Positions 41,230 through 49,374 of a stretch of DNA of 64,000 bases are shown here, one piece after another (position 1 is the first letter of the stretch; each line of letters begins with the position of its first letter). Where the stretch lies: assembly GCF_000009045.1 (NCBI RefSeq), contig NC_000964.3:1302001-1366000 (forward strand). Direction: 5' to 3'. The stretch is from Bacillus subtilis subsp. subtilis str. 168 (GTDB lineage: Bacteria; Bacillota; Bacilli; Bacillales; Bacillaceae). A program made the position numbers and the translations under genes. The notes beneath the pieces are model-generated. The model did no database searches, was not told where the DNA came from, and saw only the letters and a list, made by a program, of their open reading frames with translations.

Positions 41230-43293
41230 ATGGCATACGAAGAAAAAACAGACTGGCTTCCGGACGACCCAATCAACGAAGATGACGTCAACCGCTGGGA
41301 AAAAGGAATAAAAGACGCCCACACCGACCTGGCTGCCCACAAAAACGACATGAACAACCCCCACAACACAACAAAGGCGCAAATCGGGCTGGGGAATGTG
41401 GATAATGTGCAGCAGGCTTCAAAGACGGAATTTAATGAACATAATCATGATTCAACCCGGCATATTACATCAGTAGAACGTGATGAATGGAATGCGAAGG
41501 AAACACCTGCCGGAGCCCAGTATAAGGCAGATCAAGCTGAAGCAAACGCCAAAGCATATACAGACAATTTTGCTGCACGAAGAGATAATCCTAACCAAGT
41601 AACAAAAGCACAGGTTGGACTTGGGAATGTCGAAAATGTGAAACAAGCCTCACTAGCAGATTTTGATGCTCATTTAAGCAATTCTAAAGTTCATGTATCT
41701 GAAGGGGAAAGAAACAAATGGAATGCTGCCCAACTAATTAAACTTACTGGAGACGACGGTAAAAGAATACAACTCCAAGACGGTACAGATATTCTTACAT
41801 TATCTTCTGGATTTTATTGTGCAGTTGGTCAGTCAGTTGTAAACAACCCGGTGGAAGGCGATGCAGCTTGGTATAACTACGATATTGTAGAAGGCGGTTC
41901 AGGAAGGAAAACAATAGTAGCTTACCAAAGTTGGGGAAGTATGATGTGGATTGGAATGGTTCACACTGATGGAGAATTTAGAGGATGGAAACAAATTGCA
42001 ACAACAGATTTTATAGATAGAGTTCAAACAGAATTAGATCTTCATGAAAATGATAAAACTAATCCTCATTCAGTTACTAAACAACAAGTGGGTCTCGGAA
42101 ATGTTGAGAATGTTAAGCAGGAGACACCTGATGGTGCGCAAAAAAAAGCTGATACTGCTTTAAACCAATCAAAAGATTATACTAACAGCACGGCCTTTAT
42201 TACTAGACCATTAAATTCAATAACCGATGCAAATGATTTAAATCTTCCGCCTGGCACTTATCGTTTAGACACTAATTACATGAATGCAAATCCAGTTTTG
42301 CAAAATCAATTTCCATTAAATGATAACAGAACAGGTTTATTAATTATCTACCCCTCTGCAAATAAATGGGCTACACGTCAAGATTGGTTTAGCATCTCTA
42401 CGAAAACACTTTATACAAGGGTAGCAGTTAATGGTACTGATTATTCAGGGTGGTATATATTAGAGAATTCGGAAGGTTCACAAAATAAAGCGGATAAAGC
42501 TTTAGCTGATGCTAAAAACTATGTTGAAACAAATTATACAAATCAAAAGTTAACTGTTCTAACAGGATCAAATGCAATCCAAGATGCGAGAATAAGCGGA
42601 AATGATTACAAATACGGAATCACTTTTATGGACATAGGGGCCAATAACACTACAGGATACCCGCTCACTTATGGATTTGTAAAAAATGAAAAGCATAGTA
42701 ATTATCGCTTTACTCAGTATTTCTATGGAAATGCAGACACAACTAGTGGAAGTTATGATCATGTAGGGACTTGGATCCGCCATTGGTGGGCAGATTCAGG
42801 CTGGACTGCGTGGCAAAAGATATCAGGGTTTGCTCACGCTAATATTGGGACTACTGGGCGTCAAGCCCTTATTAAAGGAGAAAATAACAAAATTAAATAT
42901 AACCGTATTATAAAAGATAGCCATAAATTGTTTGATACAAAAAACAATAGGTTTGTAGCCAGTCATGCAGGAATGCATTTAGTCAGTGCTAGTTTATATA
43001 TAGAAAATACTGAGCGATACTCCAATTTTGAATTATATGTTTATGTAAACGGCACAAAGTATAAATTAATGAATCAATTTAGAATGCCTACCCCTTCCAA
43101 TAACAGTGATAATGAGTTTAATGCAACTGTTACTGGATCTGTTACAGTTCCGCTTGATGCAGGAGATTATGTTGAAATTTATGTTTATGTTGGTTATTCC
43201 GGGGATGTAACACGATATGTTACAGATTCGAATGGAGCTCTCAATTATTTTGATGTTCTGGAGCTTGGCGGAAGAAATTACCCGAGAGTTTAG
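41230..43293 (+). CDS. xkdV: Tail fibre / receptor-binding protein
   Basis: 687 aa with repeated NPH.VTK.QVGLGNV modules alternating with knob-like domains. Confidence 0.82.
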   Translation: MAYEEKTDWLPDDPINEDDVNRWEKGIKDAHTDLAAHKNDMNNPHNTTKAQIGLGNVDNVQQASKTEFNEHNHDSTRHITSVERDEWNAKETPAGAQYKADQAEANAKAYTDNFAARRDNPNQVTKAQVGLGNVENVKQASLADFDAHLSNSKVHVSEGERNKWNAAQLIKLTGDDGKRIQLQDGTDILTLSSGFYCAVGQSVVNNPVEGDAAWYNYDIVEGGSGRKTIVAYQSWGSMMWIGMVHTDGEFRGWKQIATTDFIDRVQTELDLHENDKTNPHSVTKQQVGLGNVENVKQETPDGAQKKADTALNQSKDYTNSTAFITRPLNSITDANDLNLPPGTYRLDTNYMNANPVLQNQFPLNDNRTGLLIIYPSANKWATRQDWFSISTKTLYTRVAVNGTDYSGWYILENSEGSQNKADKALADAKNYVETNYTNQKLTVLTGSNAIQDARISGNDYKYGITFMDIGANNTTGYPLTYGFVKNEKHSNYRFTQYFYGNADTTSGSYDHVGTWIRHWWADSGWTAWQKISGFAHANIGTTGRQALIKGENNKIKYNRIIKDSHKLFDTKNNRFVASHAGMHLVSASLYIENTERYSNFELYVYVNGTKYKLMNQFRMPTPSNNSDNEFNATVTGSVTVPLDAGDYVEIYVYVGYSGDVTRYVTDSNGALNYFDVLELGGRNYPRV

Positions 43294-43304
43294 GAGGTAC
43301 CTTT

Positions 43305-43634
43305 ATGATCTTATATGATGCCATTATGTACAAGTATCCAAACGCAGTATCGAGAAAGGATTTTGAATTGCGTAATGACGGGAACGGTTCATACATTGAG
43401 AAATGGAATCTCCGGGCGCCGTTGCCGACTCAGGCAGAACTCGAAACCTGGTGGGAAGAGCTGCAAAAAAATCCGCCGTACGAGCCGCCTGATCAGGTGG
43501 AGCTTCTCGCTCAAGAATTGTCACAGGAAAAGCTGGCACGCAAGCAGCTTGAAGAGCTGAACAAAACATTAGGGAACGAGTTGTCAGATATAAAGCTATC
43601 ATTACTTTCCTTGAAAGGAGATTATGCTGAATGA
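43305..43634 (+). CDS. xkdW: XkdW-family protein (probable fibre chaperone)
   Basis: 109 aa directly after the fibre gene; C-terminal coiled coil. Confidence 0.78.
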   Translation: MILYDAIMYKYPNAVSRKDFELRNDGNGSYIEKWNLRAPLPTQAELETWWEELQKNPPYEPPDQVELLAQELSQEKLARKQLEELNKTLGNELSDIKLSLLSLKGDYAE

Positions 43635-43795
43635 ATTATTGGGTGCTTGCCCTCTATTATGAGTGGGCGACAACGGATATGGTGAAACAGGCTTTAGCAT
43701 ATGAAGACTGTTCAATTCAGGATCTGGCAGAGGGTGTGAACAAAAAGCTGATCACAGCTGACCAGTATAAAGAAATTACCGGTAAAGCCATGTAA
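43631..43795 (+). CDS. xkdX: XkdX-family small protein, 54 aa (not in ORF track)
   Basis: MNYWVLALYYEW...ITADQYKEITGKAM; ATGA overlap with xkdW. Confidence 0.85.
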   Translation: MNYWVLALYYEWATTDMVKQALAYEDCSIQDLAEGVNKKLITADQYKEITGKAM

Positions 43796-43838
43796 GGCTT
43801 TTTTATTTTGCCTGTTTTTAGATCAAAGGAGGATGAAG

Positions 43839-44678
43839 ATGGTGAAGTATCAATATGAATTTCCTCTCGATAAGGCTGGAAAAGCCGGCGCTGTAAAGCC
43901 CTATCGAGGAGGAAAAAATGATTTTGTGACACCTGTTTCGAATTTGTCAGGCGTAGCGGAGATTTTAACAAATGCTGCTTTAAAGGCGACTGAGGCATAC
44001 AGTCAGCTCGGGCAGGACAGGCTTGGCGCAGTTCTGATTTCGAAAGTGAAGGGCTGGGCGTATGCAGATCGTGAAGGTACGCTCTTTATAGAAGAAAGCG
44101 ACAACAACAATGTTTGGACAACGACAGCAGCAGTTAATGTCGCAGCAGGCGTCCTGACAGCGACGGACTGGGTATATCTTTCTAAACGCTATTACCGTTT
44201 CCGCTATGTGAACGGGAATCTTCAGCAATCTGAGTTTGTATTATACCAATCAGTCGGTGCGGGTGAGATGGATGTGCGTGTCAATGAAAAAACGCCTTTA
44301 CAGATTGACTTTGCGGAGAATCAAACACACGATGGACGGCTGAAAGTCGAGGCTCGCAAAACATTTGACTTTGTCTTTCATGAAAATGCAGAGTCCGCCA
44401 GCGAGGGGGCTGCTTTACCTGTTGACGGTGCCGCGCATTTACTCGTTGAAGTCTACGGCACAGCAGAAATGAGCGAAGTCAAATTTTGGGGCAAATCGGT
44501 GTCAGGACAGAAACTGCCGATCAGAGGCGTGAAAACTGATGATGCTACCACTGCCTCCAGTACATTAGGAAAAGCTGAGGCATGGGCCTTTGATATTAAA
44601 GGGTTTAAGGAGATCATCATGGAGATTATCAGTATCACCGGCGGTACTCTTTCGGTAAAAGGGACCGCGGTTTCATAA
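43839..44678 (+). CDS. xepA: Lysis-associated exoprotein XepA, 279 aa
   Basis: Recognised sequence; precedes the holins. Confidence 0.85.
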   Translation: MVKYQYEFPLDKAGKAGAVKPYRGGKNDFVTPVSNLSGVAEILTNAALKATEAYSQLGQDRLGAVLISKVKGWAYADREGTLFIEESDNNNVWTTTAAVNVAAGVLTATDWVYLSKRYYRFRYVNGNLQQSEFVLYQSVGAGEMDVRVNEKTPLQIDFAENQTHDGRLKVEARKTFDFVFHENAESASEGAALPVDGAAHLLVEVYGTAEMSEVKFWGKSVSGQKLPIRGVKTDDATTASSTLGKAEAWAFDIKGFKEIIMEIISITGGTLSVKGTAVS

Positions 44679-44730
44679 TAGTCTCGGCCCTCGGAAGGGA
44701 GGTGATCTGCATGTGAAGGAGGAGTGAGAG

Positions 44731-45000
44731 ATGCAGCAAGAGGCAGACGTGAATGTGTTTCAGCAGGATTTAGCAGACATGAAAGGCGAGCACAAAGCAC
44801 TTGAGCAGAGGGTTTCCGCATTAGAACGCGTGTCTGACCGGCAAGACCAGCAAATCATGACGCTGAACGAAAAATTAAACAAAATTGAAGAAAACACCAC
44901 GTGGATTAAACGCACCATCACAGGTGCCATCATTACAGCAGTGTCTACAGGCATCATTGGCGGAGCCATCGCCATTATGTACAGCCTGCTGCAGCATTAA
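44731..45000 (+). CDS. xhlA: Holin-like protein (coiled coil plus one TM helix)
   Basis: 89 aa, C-terminal hydrophobic helix. Confidence 0.88.
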   Translation: MQQEADVNVFQQDLADMKGEHKALEQRVSALERVSDRQDQQIMTLNEKLNKIEENTTWIKRTITGAIITAVSTGIIGGAIAIMYSLLQH

Positions 45001-45012
45001 AGGGGGATTTTT

Positions 45013-45276
45013 ATGAACACGTTTGACAAGGGCACGGTCATCAGGACGGTGCTTCTTTTAATTGCTTTAATCAACCAGACCATGCTGATGCTCGGCAAAT
45101 CACCATTGGACATTCAGGAGGAGCAGGTCAATCAGCTCGCTGACGCTCTTTATTCAGCCGGTTCCATCGCATTTACAATTGGAACGACACTTGCCGCTTG
45201 GTTTAAAAACAACTATGTAACAGAAAAAGGGAAAAAACAGCGCGACTTGTTAAGGGACAATAATCTGACGAAATAA
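45013..45276 (+). CDS. xhlB: Holin (SPP1 type)
   Basis: RTVLL..ALINQ.L...GKSPL, WFKNNY.T.KGKKQ motifs. Confidence 0.92.
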
Positions 45277-45288
45277 GGAGAGATGAAA

Positions 45289-46182
45289 ATGGTTAACATT
45301 ATTCAAGACTTTATTCCGGTTGGCGCAAATAACCGTCCAGGCTACGCAATGACGCCGCTTTACATTACGGTGCACAACACAGCGAATACCGCAGTAGGAG
45401 CAGATGCTGCAGCGCATGCCCGCTATTTGAAAAATCCTGATACGACGACAAGCTGGCATTTTACAGTTGATGATACAGAAATTTATCAGCATCTGCCTTT
45501 AAATGAAAACGGCTGGCATGCGGGAGACGGAAATGGCAGCGGCAACCGGGCTTCTATTGGAATTGAAATTTGCGAAAATGCCGATGGCGATTTTGCAAAA
45601 GCAACAGCAAATGCCCAGTGGCTCATCAAAACATTAATGGCTGAACATAATATCAGTCTCGCCAATGTCGTCCCTCATAAGTATTGGTCAGGGAAGGAAT
45701 GTCCGCGAAAATTGTTAGATACGTGGGATTCGTTCAAAGCAGGAATTGGGGGAGGCGGCAGCCAAACTTACGTCGTGAAACAGGGCGACACACTTACATC
45801 TATAGCGAGAGCATTTGGTGTTACGGTTGCTCAGCTGCAAGAGTGGAACAATATCGAAGACCCGAATCTTATTCGCGTTGGTCAAGTATTAATTGTAAGT
45901 GCTCCATCGGCTGCTGAAAAACCCGAGCTCTATCCGCTCCCTGATGGTATCATTCAATTGACAACACCTTATACATCAGGAGAACACGTCTTTCAGGTGC
46001 AACGAGCACTTGCGGCTCTGTATTTTTACCCTGATAAAGGCGCTGTTAACAACGGAATTGACGGCGTTTACGGACCGAAAACAGCTGACGCAGTTGCCCG
46101 TTTTCAGTCTGTTAACGGTCTAACTGCTGACGGTATCTACGGGCCTGCGACGAAAGAGAAGATCGCAGCGCAATTAAGCTGA
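45289..46182 (+). CDS. xlyA: Endolysin, N-acetylmuramoyl-L-alanine amidase (Amidase_2 + LysM + PG-binding)
   Basis: VHNTAN, WHFTVDD, H..W.GK.CP motifs; 297 aa. Confidence 0.95.
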   Translation: MVNIIQDFIPVGANNRPGYAMTPLYITVHNTANTAVGADAAAHARYLKNPDTTTSWHFTVDDTEIYQHLPLNENGWHAGDGNGSGNRASIGIEICENADGDFAKATANAQWLIKTLMAEHNISLANVVPHKYWSGKECPRKLLDTWDSFKAGIGGGGSQTYVVKQGDTLTSIARAFGVTVAQLQEWNNIEDPNLIRVGQVLIVSAPSAAEKPELYPLPDGIIQLTTPYTSGEHVFQVQRALAALYFYPDKGAVNNGIDGVYGPKTADAVARFQSVNGLTADGIYGPATKEKIAAQLS

Positions 46183-46195
46183 TCAAAGACCATAA

Positions 46196-46226
46196 AAATC
46201 CCGGAGCCGCTCCGGGATTTATTTTT
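46196..46226. terminator. Bidirectional terminator between xlyA and spoIISC
   Basis: AAATCCCGGA-GCCGC-TCCGGGATTT with flanking A and T tracts. Confidence 0.85.
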
Positions 46227-46356
46227 TCTTCTTCAACTTTTTTATAATTCCAGCACTGCGCTCCCTCACCCGAAGCGAGTACCCGGAAAGCCCAAACCTT
46301 CCGTAATCAACAAACTTCACACGCCTCACCAATTTTTTCACTGTATCACCTGACAT
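46219..46356 (-). CDS. spoIISC: Second small antitoxin, about 45 aa, very basic (not in ORF track)
   Basis: MSGDTVKKLVRRVKFVDYGRFGLSGYSLRVRERSAGIIKKLKKKK; an alternative GTG start at 46341 follows AGGTGA. Confidence 0.75.
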   Translation of the reverse strand: MSGDTVKKLVRRVKFVDYGRFGLSGYSLRVRERSAGIIKKLKKKK

Positions 46357-46441
46357 TATCCTCTGTTTGTATTTATTATATGTCACCCTTTAAGAAAAGG
46401 AATAAGGACAAGAGCTGTTTTCCCTTGTCCTTTTAGTGTGA

Positions 46442-46612
46442 TCATGCTTTTTTTCGTTTATACTCGTCAATCAGCCGTTCGTTTTCTTTGAAGATTCTTG
46501 CTGTATGCGGACTGACTTGATAGCTTGCGACACTGGTGGTTGAACGTTTTTTCAGGATTTTAAACGGCTTCGCCGCTCTGGGCTCGCATCTGTTTTGAAA
46601 CGCACGTTCCAT
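46442..46612 (-). CDS. spoIISB: Antitoxin, 56 aa (not in ORF track)
   Basis: MERAFQNRCEPRAAKPFKILKK...EYKRKKA; start overlaps the spoIISA stop. Confidence 0.92.
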   Translation of the reverse strand: MERAFQNRCEPRAAKPFKILKKRSTTSVASYQVSPHTARIFKENERLIDEYKRKKA

Positions 46613-47358
46613 TATCCTTCACCTTCCTCCTCAATTGGCAGCACCAAATCATATATGCTCGTTAATGACGTAAATAGCAAATAATCAAATTCCGTGACAA
46701 TGCTGTCAGACGTCAGCTTGATGACATAGTTCTGTGTCTCGATGGTAAAAGGGATGAGAACCACTTTTCCGTATTGGTCGTAATAAACATCCTTTCGATC
46801 GAGCCGTGTTTGTACATCTGCCGGATCATCCATATGCTCGGTTAACCGGTCTTTATCAGCCTGTGTCGAATAGTGGCAAAGAGAAGCCGTTAAGTTCATT
46901 TTATCAGCATAGGTTTTCAGCAGCTTATCAATACCTTCAGCATAAGCATCTATACTTCCATAATAAACATGGATCGGTTCGTTTTTCAATAGGTATTGGT
47001 ATGTTTTCAGCCGATTGAGATACATGTGGAGCATTTCGTTGTTTTCTTCAAGAATTTCTCTTGTGTCTGTTTCAAGCTCGCTGCCGGCCAGTTTTTTGAC
47101 ATATGCACTTAAGAAGATAAAAGCATCAATCAAAGCAAAACTGACTGCGACAATGAGATACCGTTCCCAGTGGGTAAATAGGGAAGTGGGCTCATATGTC
47201 CAGTATACCATAGCGCCCAGAACAAACAGCAAATACCAAGTTTTCCGAATGGCGGACATTTTTTCTTTGACCTTCGCTTCGAAACGCCACGTGGCATACA
47301 CGTATAACCCCAGTCCGGCCACGATGCACCAGACCATGATCTGAAAGAATAAAACCAT
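46612..47358 (-). CDS. spoIISA: Membrane-anchored toxin, 248 aa
   Basis: Three N-terminal TM segments plus a cytoplasmic domain; recognised sequence. Confidence 0.92.
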   Translation of the reverse strand: MVLFFQIMVWCIVAGLGLYVYATWRFEAKVKEKMSAIRKTWYLLFVLGAMVYWTYEPTSLFTHWERYLIVAVSFALIDAFIFLSAYVKKLAGSELETDTREILEENNEMLHMYLNRLKTYQYLLKNEPIHVYYGSIDAYAEGIDKLLKTYADKMNLTASLCHYSTQADKDRLTEHMDDPADVQTRLDRKDVYYDQYGKVVLIPFTIETQNYVIKLTSDSIVTEFDYLLFTSLTSIYDLVLPIEEEGEG

Positions 47359-47432
47359 ATTCGAATCCCTCACATCTGAAATAGGTTCTGCTTATTGTAT
47401 TCGAGAGATCCGGATGGTTTTCCTGTTCCATC

Positions 47433-47461
47433 AAAAAAACCGCTCCTTTGACAGAAGCGGT
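47433..47461 (-). terminator. Terminator of ykaA-pit
   Basis: ACCGCTTC/GGAGCGGT stem plus T7 on the minus strand. Confidence 0.7.
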
Positions 47462-47467
47462 GTGACA

Positions 47468-48469
47468 TTAAAATATCATATTTAAAATAAAGTAGGCGAT
47501 GGCACCAAGTGTCGCTGAAATCGGAAGCGTGATGACCCATGTAATGAGCATTCGCTTGGCCGTACCCCAGTTTACGCCTTTTACGCGGTGGGACGCACCG
47601 ACGCCAAGAATTGATGAAGAAATGACGTGGGTTGTACTGACCGGCAAATGAATAAACGTGGCGCCGAAAATAATGGCTGCTCCGGTTAAGTCAGCGGAAA
47701 CACCGTTTACCGGACGGATTTTCATGATCTTTCCGCCAACGGTTTTGATGATTTTCCAGCCGCCGATTGATGTTCCGAGACCCATGGCTGTCGCGCAGGC
47801 GAATTGCACCCAGGTAGGAATATCATTAGCAGAAGTATGTAAATTCGCTGTGATGAGAGCCATTGTGATAATTCCCATTGCTTTTTGCGCATCGTTTGTT
47901 CCGTGTGTATACGATTGCAGGGCAGCTGTTACAATCTGCACTCTGCGGAATTGCTTATTCGTTTTCGCCAAGTTGCTGTCTTTGAAAATCAGCTTAACGA
48001 TGCTATAAAGAATAAAACCAAGGACAAAGGCAATAATTGGTGATAGAATCAGTGCTTCAATGATTTTAATGAAGCCCTTATAGTTTAACGCTGCAAATCC
48101 GGCTGCCGCAATGGCTGCACCGGCAATAGCGCCGATGATGGCATGGGATGAGCTGCTTGGGATACCGTAGTACCATGTGATAAGGTTCCAGGCAATTGCA
48201 GCGAGTAGCGCAGCCAAAATGACAACAGAGCCATTTTCCAGCGTATAAGGATCTACGATGTCTTTCGTAATGGTTTTGGCAACACCTGTAAACGTCATTG
48301 CTCCGACAAAGTTCATCACAGCAGCCAATATAATGGCATGGCGCGGTTTTAACGCTTTTGTTGATACCGAAGTCGCAATTGCGTTTGCCGTATCATGAAA
48401 CCCGTTGATGAAATCAAACGCCAGAGCACAAATGACTATTAGTATCGTTAATATTAATAGAATATCCAT
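47468..48469 (-). CDS. pit: Low-affinity inorganic phosphate transporter
   Basis: Two PiT signatures, GFHD.AN and HGTNDAQK. Confidence 0.93.
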   Translation of the reverse strand: MDILLILTILIVICALAFDFINGFHDTANAIATSVSTKALKPRHAIILAAVMNFVGAMTFTGVAKTITKDIVDPYTLENGSVVILAALLAAIAWNLITWYYGIPSSSSHAIIGAIAGAAIAAAGFAALNYKGFIKIIEALILSPIIAFVLGFILYSIVKLIFKDSNLAKTNKQFRRVQIVTAALQSYTHGTNDAQKAMGIITMALITANLHTSANDIPTWVQFACATAMGLGTSIGGWKIIKTVGGKIMKIRPVNGVSADLTGAAIIFGATFIHLPVSTTHVISSSILGVGASHRVKGVNWGTAKRMLITWVITLPISATLGAIAYFILNMIF

Positions 48470-48481
48470 TTTTACCCCTCG

Positions 48482-49099
48482 TTACGCGTTTTTCATAATG
48501 ATGGTTTCAAGATTATTGGCAACACTTTGACAAGAGTCGGCGATTTCTTCAAGCGTTTCGTATATTTCACGATATTGAATGACTTTGATTGGATCTGTTT
48601 CATTTCCGAAAAGATTCTTTAATGATTTTCTGTGCAAGTTGTCACAACTGTGCTCATACTCTTTAATTTTGATTGCGTGAGGCTGAATATCCTTTAAGCG
48701 ATTTTCTGCCAGCAGCTCGATCGTAATCAAAATCTCTTTCGCACATTCTCTGATATATCCGCTGAATTTATCAATATGCTCGTCTGATGAAGTAATTGAG
48801 AAAATCTCCATCATGGCAGAGAAATGTTCGATTCCGTCAAGCACATCATCCAAGCTGTTTGTCAGCTGAAGGATATCTTCGCGCTCAATAGGAGTGATGA
48901 ACGCTTTGTTAAGCTCTTTAATCATGACATGAACATGATTGTCACCTTTTGTTTCATATTCCTTTAACGTATCTGCAAATTCTTTAAGAGTCGTTTGGTT
49001 AGTGACCTTAAAATTCACAAAATATTCTGCAGTTTCGTCTATGTTCTTTGCAATTTCTGTTAAAAGGAGTGAGAACTTATCTTTTTTTCTTCTTATCAT
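48482..49099 (-). CDS. ykaA: PhoU-like/DUF47 Pit accessory protein, 205 aa
   Basis: E..GD...H, FITPIEREDI..L...LDD..D motif. Confidence 0.88.
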   Translation of the reverse strand: MIRRKKDKFSLLLTEIAKNIDETAEYFVNFKVTNQTTLKEFADTLKEYETKGDNHVHVMIKELNKAFITPIEREDILQLTNSLDDVLDGIEHFSAMMEIFSITSSDEHIDKFSGYIRECAKEILITIELLAENRLKDIQPHAIKIKEYEHSCDNLHRKSLKNLFGNETDPIKVIQYREIYETLEEIADSCQSVANNLETIIMKNA

Positions 49100-49340
49100 T
49101 AAAAACCCTCCATAGTTTGAATGAACAATGCACACATCAAATTATTATATAGCCTTTTGTCGAAAAAAAACAGGTAAAGTCGAAAAAAACGTATCTTGAC
49201 TTTTTTGATAAATCGTGTCTCCTTATTTTGACCTACTTCGCTTTAAAAAAACGACCCAAGTTTGCAAAAACTTTCTGCTTAACGTAAAAAGTATATCAAA
49301 AGTTGTGTTTTTCCTGTCAACTTTTATCTTCTGTTTCACC

Positions 49341-49373
49341 AAAAAACGGTTCCCTAAACAAGGGAACCGTTTT
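49341..49373 (-). terminator. Terminator of steT
   Basis: AAAACGGTTCCC/GGGAACCGTTTT. Confidence 0.8.
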
Positions 49374-49374
49374 A

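Larger units (their letters stand above)
15490..46226. mobile_element. Defective prophage PBSX (phage-like bacteriocin particle with contractile tail)
   Basis: Contiguous repressor, early, terminase, head, myovirus-type tail, fibre and lysis genes; no integrase or att sites recognised, so boundaries are approximate. Confidence 0.95.

Noticed and set aside
15490-46226. Search for an integrase and attL/attR direct repeats
   Set aside because: No recombinase ORF and no convincing short terminal repeat seen by eye; no att sites are reported
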